Part shown: positions 24,207 through 34,764 of the stretch, in pieces
How the letters are laid out: every line of letters starts with the position of its first letter
Position numbering within the stretch: position 1 is the first letter of the stretch
Origin: Zancudomyces culisetae HAW-14-8
Lineage: Eukaryota; Fungi; Kickxellomycota
DNA: 64,000 nt
Assembly: GCA_052426225.1 (NCBI GenBank)
Contig: JBNJNM010000011.1
Location: 3,782,001-3,846,000 of the forward strand
Reading direction: 5' to 3'
The notes under the pieces: generated by a model
Seen by the model: the letters and a program-made list of their open reading frames with translations, nothing else
What the model was told of the DNA's origin: nothing
Databases searched by the model: none
Position numbers and translations under genes: made by a program

Positions 24207-26234
24207 TCAATGTAAATTGAAGGGAATTTGGGAATAGGTCGAACACAGAGGTAATGAGGCAATGTGTTGAGCAGTAGGTCGCTTAGAAGGATCAGAGTCA
24301 AGCATCTGGGAGATGAGACTGCGTAGCTCATCAGAAATACTGACCAAGTCGAGCTGGGCGGAGGATAGGTTGTTGCTACGTAGCTGAGAATACTCTTCAC
24401 CATTATGAGGCAGGACAACATTAGCACACATTTCAAGAACAATGAGGCCAAGACTAAATATGTCAGCAGGCTTTCCGCATAAACCATGATGAAGAACTTC
24501 GGGGGCAAGATATACACGATCACCTTCATGGTCAGGAGAAGGAGAAGAAGAAGAAGGGGATGGGAGAGAGGAGATGGGAGAGGCAAGACCAAAGTCGGCA
24601 ATCTTGATGGTGGCGTAGTTGTCAGCAAAGCAAATGTTTGCAGGCTTAAGATCAAGGTGAACAAAGTCATGGGAATGGATGTGGGCAAGGCCAGAAGAGA
24701 CAGCGGAAAGCAGTTTCCAGACAAAAGGTTCGGGTACAGGCAGATTGAAAGAGTTCAGCAGAGATTGGAGATCGCCTTGGTCACAGAGATCAGATAGAAT
24801 ATACAGAAGACCAAATTGTTCCCAGCTATTGACCAAGCGAACAAGATTTGGGTGAGAGTCCAGCAACCACATAGCCGAAACTTCAGTCAGCTTGCGGACG
24901 CGATCCTTGCGACCTTGGAATGGCCGGATGGAGCGTTTCAGAGCGTAGGTCTTGCCATCTTCAAGACAGCGCACCATGTAAACATGGCTGGAATGGCCCT
25001 TACCAAGCGTGCTAAGTTCGTCGAACTGGTAGCGGTAGTAGTCGAGAAATCCATTTTCATCAACTGGGCTATGGTCTTCGATCGGCGGCCCAAAATACGC
25101 TGATGTACCACCAGCTTGTTGTGCTGCTTGGAAGTACTCGGCAGTCAGAAAGTGCGGATAGTTTGTGGCATACCCACCAATGATCTGGGGCATTTGAGGT
25201 CGTTCTTCTGGCACTATCATTGGCGATGACATTTCCAGCTTACCCAGCGGAGGCAGCAGCGGATCATCCATCGCACGGCTGGCATTGTCACACACCATCA
25301 TTTCGGTTGAATCGTTGGAAGCCGAAATCAGCATGTCCAACAATAACGGCTGGTCGCTTGGCTGGACTGATGGTTGAAGTGTTACCGTCGAACACGTCGT
25401 TCCAAATTCGCTAACCGCGCACGACACACTGCGCTGCCTCGTCTGTTCATGCTCTATGTTACCCGGGCCTTCATAGCTGTCGCTTTTGTGATGGTCGTCA
25501 TCAAGCCTATGTCTTTTATCTGTACTTTGTCCATCCACCAACTGTCTCAGTCGCTCCTCTCGTTTGCTGCCTATCTCAAATGTTCCGCTGCTGTCACAGT
25601 ATAGCTCTACTGGCGACAAATATCGCCGTTTGCTCGAATACACTTCCTCGTCGCCAATACCACCGCTATCTTTATGCTTTCCAAGCTGTAGAGGGCTCTG
25701 CTTTTCTTTGGCCTCATTCTCATATCGGCTCATGCTGAATATTGGTGGAGTTCCCGTCCCCATCCCAAACATCGAGTTCGCCATCAGCCCCACCCGCTTA
25801 CACGGCGTTTCTGGTGCAAATGTCTTCTCGTCCGTCTCATACCCGCTGCTGCTTTTCACTGAACTCTTCTTCATCAGTATTCCTGTTGATAAAAATACCT
25901 CCGGATCTGGTCGCACCAGTCGTGTTGTTGGCGTTTCCATATAAAACCCTTGCATCATCACTTCCCCTCTGTCTATATCTTCACTTCTTCGTGTCTTTGT
26001 CTTTTCCTTGTTCATAATTGTCTTTTCCGACATTATTACTCTCTCTCGCTTGTGTTCACTTGTTCCCAGAAACTCTGGAAATTTTATTTTTTCTACCTTT
26101 GTCGGGTCAGATCTCGCTTGTATTGTCCTCCTTCGCGTTCTAACCGTAGGCACCGAAGGCGTTGCAAACGCCTTCTCTCTTAACCTACTTCGTTCTAGTA
26201 TTTGCGTTAATCTTCTTCCTTTCTTTTCTGCCAT
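24207..26234 (-). CDS. WEE1: Wee1/Swe1/Myt1-family CDK-inhibitory kinase (675 aa)
   Basis: Kinase motifs YALKRS..DRVRKLTEV, HLDLKPANI, KIADFGLA, EGDRVYLAPE (the EGD is Wee-family diagnostic) and DIFSLG. N-terminal FLSTGILMKK and PETPCKR resemble motifs I recall from fungal Wee1 proteins. Confidence 0.9.
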   Translation of the reverse strand: MAEKKGRRLTQILERSRLREKAFATPSVPTVRTRRRTIQARSDPTKVEKIKFPEFLGTSEHKRERVIMSEKTIMNKEKTKTRRSEDIDRGEVMMQGFYMETPTTRLVRPDPEVFLSTGILMKKSSVKSSSGYETDEKTFAPETPCKRVGLMANSMFGMGTGTPPIFSMSRYENEAKEKQSPLQLGKHKDSGGIGDEEVYSSKRRYLSPVELYCDSSGTFEIGSKREERLRQLVDGQSTDKRHRLDDDHHKSDSYEGPGNIEHEQTRQRSVSCAVSEFGTTCSTVTLQPSVQPSDQPLLLDMLISASNDSTEMMVCDNASRAMDDPLLPPLGKLEMSSPMIVPEERPQMPQIIGGYATNYPHFLTAEYFQAAQQAGGTSAYFGPPIEDHSPVDENGFLDYYRYQFDELSTLGKGHSSHVYMVRCLEDGKTYALKRSIRPFQGRKDRVRKLTEVSAMWLLDSHPNLVRLVNSWEQFGLLYILSDLCDQGDLQSLLNSFNLPVPEPFVWKLLSAVSSGLAHIHSHDFVHLDLKPANICFADNYATIKIADFGLASPISSLPSPSSSSPSPDHEGDRVYLAPEVLHHGLCGKPADIFSLGLIVLEMCANVVLPHNGEEYSQLRSNNLSSAQLDLVSISDELRSLISQMLDSDPSKRPTAQHIASLPLCSTYSQIPFNLH

Positions 26235-29200
26235 TTTTTAATACTATCTTCGCTGCTAATATAACCAAGTTTTTACTATTAACAATGCTTGTTTGTTTTT
26301 TTTGTTTTTCTTTTTGTTGTCAATCTTTTGTTTACTTTAGTAGTTCACCATTTATCCTGTCGCACAAACTCTTCTTTTCTTGCGACCGGACTTTTCTTTT
26401 AAATTTCTACAATCGTTTCTTCTCCCCCCCTGATTTAGAACCTCTGTTACTATCGTTTGTATCTCCCTAAAACTTTTGCTTTACCGTTAATAGGGTTTGT
26501 ACTTTTCGTAAATGTGTTTTATCTTTTAAACACTGAATTTCTCTTTCCAATCGCTTTTGTATACCGCAGCCACTTCACTTCGTTTCCATGCCTGTATACT
26601 CAAGTCCTTATCCTGGATTTGGATTCGTTATTCTTTACCTGAACCAATCTTGTTTGTATTCAGTCTTTTACTCGTCTTTCTAAAAATTATATCTTTATAT
26701 GCTAGGCTTTATATTTGTTAATAAAAACTAAAACCTATAATTAATTTATTCTGGAAAGACGAATTTGTTCGCATTTGGTTTGGGAATGGGTATATATTGC
26801 ATCTAGAAAATTGGAATGACAAAAACGAAATTCGGATTTTTATTATTTTTATTATTATTATAACTTATTGTTTTTGTTTTCGTTTTCGTTTTAATTTGGC
26901 TTTTTATTTTGCGTTTGTTTTCGCCTTCACTTTAGCTCGCATTACAATTTTTACTCTTGCGCTCAATTTTTTGTGTTTTTTCAATTATTATTTCCAAAAA
27001 TAATTAATTTATTGCATTTTTCTGCCCATTTTCTACACACCAAATCCAACTTTAGTGTCCTCCTTTTTCAATGTTATTTTTTTCAGCACATTTATTTTTT
27101 CAATACATTTATTAAATATCACGGAAACAATCTTTCCTCTTTAATAATTGGATACTGAATTTAATATTGGGAAATAAGTATTCCAAATTTATACCAGGAA
27201 TTACTAATCCCACCAATTGCAATTTTTGACAAGTTAAAACCTCAACATTCGATTTCTATTAGTTGGTTCTGTTTACTTGAAACCTGCGGTTTTATTTTTT
27301 TTTCGGTTTTAGAGATAAACACTGTAAAAATAAAATATAATCGCAAATATAACAATGCGCTTTATTTTGTTTACCATTATTTTTTTTTGTCTTTATTATT
27401 TATCAACCCAGAAATAAAAATAAAAAGACGAGGAATTTCACGCTATTTTTGATGACGTTGGTTACACCCTTAATTATTCGAAATTACTAATATTATTGGT
27501 TTTTTTAATTTCCATCTCATTGCATTTTTTCTCTTGCTCCAATTATCCTCCAAATGGAAAACCCGTTACACAATCAAAACTGGCGTGTGTATTCGTACCT
27601 CCCCCTTCCTCTTCCTCTTCCCCTCCCTCTACCCCACCTGGTTTTGTTCTCGCCTTGTTGTTCTCGTGATTTCTATTCACGCAGCTTTGCATCTATTTTT
27701 AATTAAATTCCCATATATATATTTTTTCTCTTTTCCTCCCAGTTGCGCGAACTTGGATTAAGAACGCAATGATTTGAAATCAAGTTTTGACTTCATCAAT
27801 TTTTACCCGCAATTTAATTTGTTCATCGAATGTACTGAAATAAACTCCCTCTTCCCCCCCCCCATCGAAAAAGTAAAATGCTGAAGAAAAAAAAAATGAT
27901 TTGGTAATCCGGACTTAATTTTTTTTTCGCCCCTTTCCTTTGTCTCTCTTTAGTTTGTACCATGGTATACAAGTGAACTTTGGATTGTTTGTTCCACTTG
28001 TATCGTATTTTGTTCATGAGTTCTCTTGTTGAATTCCACCTAAATTACGCCCCTTTTCATCCCATTTTTCTTTTCCAAAGCGGATCCTGAATCAACTATC
28101 TCATCATGTTCATCCATCAGAACATCCTGACAATCTTCAATATACACTTATTTAATTGCTTTAATTCTTTTTAAACTCTTGACCATCTCTCAACTATAAA
28201 AGTAGTGGAACTATTCTTTTGTTGGAGCGATTTTATATCACTCACGGCCATAATTACCCTTATCTCACTCCTGACCATTTTTTCTAACCCCAATTCCCCC
28301 CGACATAATCAAAACAGTTTCCCCTTCCCCTTCCCCTTATCTTTATTCTTAATATTTTTCACATATTTTTTTTCCTTCTTATACTCCATTTTATAAGCCA
28401 TTCTCCTGAAAACAACCCATAATAGCTACTATACTTGCATGCTTTTCCCTTTTTTTCAACTGTGGTTAAAATGGTGGCGCTTTTTTTCTCACCTTCACCC
28501 TCACCTTCACCCTCGTTCTTGTCCTTGTCCTTGTCCTTGTTACTTTTTTTTCTTGTTTTTTTTTAATTTCTGTCCTCAATTCCAATTGACTTTCACAGGT
28601 CACAACAAACTCATCTATAAACCAAACCCTGTACATTTACCAAACTCAATCATCTGATTTCTTTCAAACATTTTTTTATCAATCACTTTTTATGAAACTT
28701 TACCCTTTCTACTATTATCCTTGTCTTATATAATGGTTTATTTCTTTTGTGTATTTTTGTTTACCATTATCAATTGACCATCATTTCATTCCACATTAGT
28801 CCAAGATAATGATAACAACAACAACAACAGCAACAACAACAACAAAAAGCCAAGTTCTAGAAAAAAAAAACCTCGGCAACTACCGAAAAAGACCACTTTT
28901 TTATTTGCCTTCCTTAATCGATTTATTTTACAGCCCTTTCAGGGCACTATACTGAAATAGGAAATATTAGCAATTGACCCTTGCATCACATGGTAGGCCG
29001 AAAGAAGAAAGTAGCAAGAAGAAACGCTACTCTTCTTTCCAGCCTGCTTTTTTTAATTTCTGTTTGATACTTTTATATAACCATCACCCGATTTACCTCA
29101 CAAATACTGATGACTCAAGATCCAAAATGACAATCAACTCTAGAACACAAGGCGTCTCTGCTTACCTTTGCCAACATGACCTTTGTTTAAGAAACAAACA

Positions 29201-30291
29201 CAGTGTATTGCGCCATTATGTATGTTTCCTATAAACTAACATCACACTAATATCACCTCCCTTCTCCCACTTACTAATACCCACTTTCCTCCCCTTTATT
29301 ACAATATTCCTGTACTACACCTCCAATTCGCACTACCACTGTAGTACTCTGTGTTTTTTTTTCAGTTACCTTTTACGTATGTTATCTTTATTCAGGCATA
29401 TTTACAAAACAACCCTATTGTTACATAGCACAACTTCAGGTTGATATACGTCTTATAATTATGTTACCCAATCTAGTACACAGGTCATTTATTAACCACC
29501 ACTTTTACACATTCAAGGTTTAAAGTCCTTAGTGTTACCCTAATAAAAGTTAAAAAACAAAACAAAAAAACAAAAACAAAAAAACAAAAACAAAAAAACA
29601 GATATTCAAAGCTAAGCCAGGGGAAAAAAAAAGGGAAGGGTGGAACATAATACTGAAGGTGTACCAAGAAAAGAGTAGGGTAGTTATTATCAATTTTCAA
29701 TCCCACTAACTCTACTTTCTCCTCAAGATTTACATGCTTATCTAAACTCATTTGTTCACTAATTAATGTACACAGGGGAATTACATGAGATATGTCTACT
29801 TTTAAACCGATGAATTTATTCATAAAAATATAGGAAAGTTATCCAAGTGGATACTGAGTTAGAACTCAAACTAAGTGGTTAATAAAAAAAGGCGGCATCA
29901 CAAGCATTTTTTTTTATTAACCACTACAGAACAAGATACTCCATACTTGTACTCATTTCAGTATAGTGTGGTATTTTTTCATCCTGGAGATATTATTTTT
30001 TCCAACATTTTGAAAAGAGTTTTTGCAGTTTACTATTCAAACATTTAGAAGTAAAACGAGCAATGGGAAGTTTTCGAGAATTTTTAAAAGTACTTGAATA
30101 TATGGCAAAGGAGAGAATGAAAAATACATCACTCACTAGTTATCAATCCGCTTTGTTGAGGTTATTATTGAAAGATGGGATATGTATATACCAATTAAGG
30201 GTGGGGTGGTGGTGGTAATTCCAGACTAAGAAAAATAAAATATAAAAAAAAACTGGATACACACAAAGTAAAGCACAACAGTAGCAAAAAC

Positions 30292-32517
30292 TTATTCAGG
30301 ATTGTAGTTCTGTTTGGTGGCATCCAAAATTTCACACCAATTTTCAACTGTATCCTGGAGGTATATTCTTTTAAACGGCTGGTTTTGCGATAGTTCGCGT
30401 GATATATCACTAATAAAGCGGCCTGTATCTTTTGTGCTTAAATATGATGAAACCGTGCCAAATTCCGTTGAATCTATTTCAATAAAAATACGTATACGCA
30501 CATACACATACAAACACACACACATACAAAAAAAAAACGTTAGTCAATCGACTCATTACCAACCTCTTCTCCCTCCCAAAAAACAAATTTCATATTCTAA
30601 ATGTTATTAGAAATAAAGTTCAGAGGTTACTTACAATCGGAATAATCTGACGGAAACCCGAGTGGTATTTCAAAACTGGATGAACTTGAAAACACAGTAC
30701 CACCAGTGGATGTCATTGAGGGCAGGGAAAGACCCCTACACACAGAAAATCCATTCGATAAAGTGTCATTTTTAGAATTTTCAGTTCCATACTTCACTGG
30801 TTTGACGTTGTCCCAATCGAGTCCGAACGTAGAATCCTTGGATGTTCCAGAAAAGTCAATCAGCGGAAGAGGTTGGTCACCAATTTCATGGTTACTATTA
30901 ATAGCTGCGTTTGTCCTCTTTCTACTTGAGCTAATCCTAGGGTCATCATACCCGCCACCTGTGTGGGTGTTATTTTGAAATTGTATGTCCAGATTTTGTC
31001 TAGAGTCTATTCCAAGAAAGCCAGAAAATACAGGCGTCCTTCCAAATAGTGTCGCATCTGTTAACAATCCACCGAGGCTTGTGTTTTTGTTGAGCCTATT
31101 TATTTACCAGATGATTAAAGGGTAGCTTGGTTATAAACTAACATTTCTTTACCCACCTAATCACCTTTCTAAATGATTTAAATGTATAAGAAATATATAA
31201 TCTCAAAGAATATTTTGTAGTAAGCGCTACAAAAGAAGAATCAATCATTTCTTACTCTAATGGGAATGAAAAGTTGTCTGCAACGATCGAATGTAGTGAG
31301 CTGGAGTAGAATCTCGAGTTTGGAGTCTAAGATAGTCCATAATTGTGGGTATCGAATCAATATACCAGAAAAATAAACAAACAAGTAATGCTAAAATTTT
31401 CGTACATTCAATTTGGACACCAGATAATTACTGATAGCCGAGCTTGATAAACTATTTCTGATCCTTTCTGAAAGTGTTGGTATATTTAGAGGCATTACGG
31501 CTGTATTCAACTCCAAACACTCCGATAGCATTATCCCCGTCTCACAAAGCTGGCTTTCCGTAAATGCCTACCACATTGAAACACAACTGAGTATTAGTAA
31601 CACATTAGGTAAATGAATTAAAAGTAAAGATAAATGCGAGAAAAGTGTTTATTCTCCTTTCTTAATCTGTAGAATTACCTTGATCGGACGGTCTGATACA
31701 GAGTAAAGCAGTATACTTTCTTTTTGTAGTTCGTTTCTAATCTCTTGCAAAAACTGGGTACAATACCCTGCAAATCCCCCAAATGTCTCGGAAAATATCT
31801 GGATGCCCTGAATGTCATCACATCCTTCCAAGAGCAACCTAAAATCATTTTCAAAGACTGAATTTGCCTATATATTAGCAAATGGAATGAAATGTTAAGT
31901 TACAATCTTCAAAATTTCTCTGGATATTCGCATTCCCGCGCGAATCTTAATGCCTTTACCTTTTCACGTCCATCATATACCTCCGTTCCCTCGTTAAAAG
32001 TGTTCATTTCGCCCAGTGAGCTACCACAGTCAACACCAGAAACGCTGTGCAACGTCTTCGAATGAAGAGTGGTGGTGTTGAAGTCCGCCCATGTCTTAAT
32101 AGAATCTCCTTTATATCCTCCAGCTCTCGCTTGTTTTCCTTTGAATCTCCTATCCCTCTGCTCGTTCAAAAAGGTACTGGGAGTATCTCTCGCTTGGTCG
32201 TATATCTCCAATTCGCCTTCCCAATCAGAAGGTTTGTCATTTCTTTCATTTTTGCTGGTATATTGCTCAGTATACGCATCTGATCCATCAAAGGATCCAA
32301 TGTTTTCTTTTAGATCAAATATCAAAAGCCGTGGTGTATATATAGTTCGATTGCTAGCATCGCGTCCTTCTCTAAAAAATAGTGAATCCTGATTCTCGCT
32401 TGTTTGTTGCTCTTTTAAGTTCTGGGCATTTCTCTCATGTGTCCTGAGATTCCAATAATGTGTTCCCACATAGTTTGCATAGTTTCCAAACTGCAAGGTG
32501 ATGATTTCTTTTACCAT
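30292..32517 (-). CDS. DML1: Misato/Dml1 tubulin/FtsZ-like protein, 6 exons (32517-31960, 31867-31679, 31567-31406, 31326-31256, 31095-30635, 30473-30292), ~540 aa
   Basis: Motifs MVKEIITLQFGNYANYVGTHYWN, LFFREG..YTPRLLIFDLK, IKTWADF and LLEGCDDIQGIQ..GGFAG. Five GT-AG introns give a continuous frame. Confidence 0.9.
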
Positions 32518-34764
32518 AATTAAAAGTATAAATACAATTATGAATAAGTCGGTGCTCAAAAAAAAAAAGAGTGCAGTGATTTGTATTTGGAGAGCCTTAG
32601 TCGTTCTTTTTTTTATAATTCTGGTGTTAATTAAAATATTTTAGCCCAAAATCAAATCAACATCAAATTCCAAAAAAATGCCCAATTAAAGAACTCTGAG
32701 AGCCAGTGTGATCATAAAAAAAAATAAAAGCTATATTTGGTTAACTGCAAAATTAAACTGCCAATTCTTACTTTAGCATTTTCACTAATTTTAGTTCTAC
32801 GGGAAGGTTCTAGGCTTTTAGCGTTCTGGTAGGACTTGGTTTTCCTAAAGGTCTTGATTTATTAGACCTTCATATATAGATAGCTTTGGAACCTGGAAAA
32901 GTACAGAACGTGTTGAGAGCAGAAGTTTTTCGCTAAGGTCTGAATAGCACTTGATTAATGTATTATTATCATAGACTCGTTATTAATTGGGACAAGCATT
33001 AAATATATAAAACATTCGAGCTTAAACCTATTAACAGAGCCACGAATAACAACATCAAAAACATTAAAGTAGTCATGTGTACAAGCAAACTTGGGAAATG
33101 GAAATATATTGAAAAGGAAAAAGATACAAAGGGAAATGTGCAATACAATTGCCTTATTGTTTTATTGTACCTAACAGGCTTGGGGGTGTGAATATTAACA
33201 ACACTATCATGAGTTTTAGATCACATTGACACCAAGTCAGAGGACTAGAGATATTTTATTACTCGATTTAAGCCGAAATACACTCAGCGTGTTCATAGCA
33301 CCATGCCAAAAACGACAATATTGGATTGCAAATCCAATAATGACAAAGTAGACCTAGATTCGAATTTTGTGCTTTGTTTTAGTCTATCAGGCCACACCAC
33401 TTTAAACATATTTACATGTATATTAGTGAGTCAATGACCAAAAATGGACAAAGTGGACAAAATGGACATAATGAGAACATGTACAAAGCCATTTCCAAAC
33501 ATGATTTACGGCTGACGTTGTTTGTATGACTGTTTTATTTTATCTTAGAATATAGACAAGCATTGTGGTCTAAAAAACAAGCTAGAACTCTCTAAATTTG
33601 AACTTTTTATATCAAGTTGTATGTTTGTAATTTGGAATCTCATTAACCACATTCAAGGTATTAGCTGTTTTTTCATTTCGAAAATTGCGAAATTCTTTTT
33701 TTTTTTTATCCACTGGCATTGCAAACATTTCTATCGGCTCTCAATCAATCTGGATGTAGCGCGGGTTTTGTATTCGAAGCTTAAAACTATGTATAGTTTC
33801 CGATTCCAATAAAAACAGCCATGAGAATGAAATAACGCCAAATGTTAACAAGTGAATATGGTAATTTACATAAAAAAGAACGTGGTAGTAACAAGGTTGA
33901 TAAAATATTCTATAGGTAGTAAAGGTTACAGATATAATAGAAAAAGTAAATAAAGTAGAGACAGCAATTCGGAAAAAAGGGAATATATGGTTCTGACTAT
34001 AAGCGAGAGAATGTGAGTATTATATGCGAGTTCTTATTTATTTTTCGCTGAATCTTTAAATCATCCCTTATTGTTACATGGATTTGTGCAGCGAGTATAC
34101 AAGATGGTGAAAAGATTCAACAAAAGCCCAATAAAAAACCATAGATGTACGAGATGGTAGTTGTATACAGTTGAACCCAATAAAATCGAATAAAAGGATC
34201 TAGATTATTGCAAAAAGAACAAAAAGATTCTAGAATGTATGATTGTGCTTTTCAATATTTTTCCGCTATAATACGTAAAAAAAAAACAATTTCTATTACT
34301 TACTGAAATGGTAAAAAGCTAAAAAAAAATTTTTAGAGGGAAATTTCCAGAGGTAGAAATTGAGGGAATAGGGAGAGGAGGCGAGTAATAGTATATATAA
34401 AAGTAATCAAGGTGTGGGAAAAAATACTGGAATTACAAATTCACAAAAGAAAGCAGTAAATAATTGGCTAAAAAAAATAAAGAGTAAGTGATTATTGTAA
34501 ATATTACAAGGCCAAGTAAAGTCTAAGAATTTTGCTTTAAAATACCAAGCATCCGCGCGTAGAATAAAAATTGTACGTATAAAATTTATTGTATAGTCCA
34601 GATATCGAAATTCATATCCTTAATGAGCATCAATCGCAATAAAAGATTACTTGCCGTACAAAAAAAGAAAAGAAAAGAAAAGAAAGAAACATCAACAAGT
34701 TAAAAATAAGGAAAAAGAAGACGAGAAGGACAAATACAGGTATAAAAGCAAAAATATAAATAAA

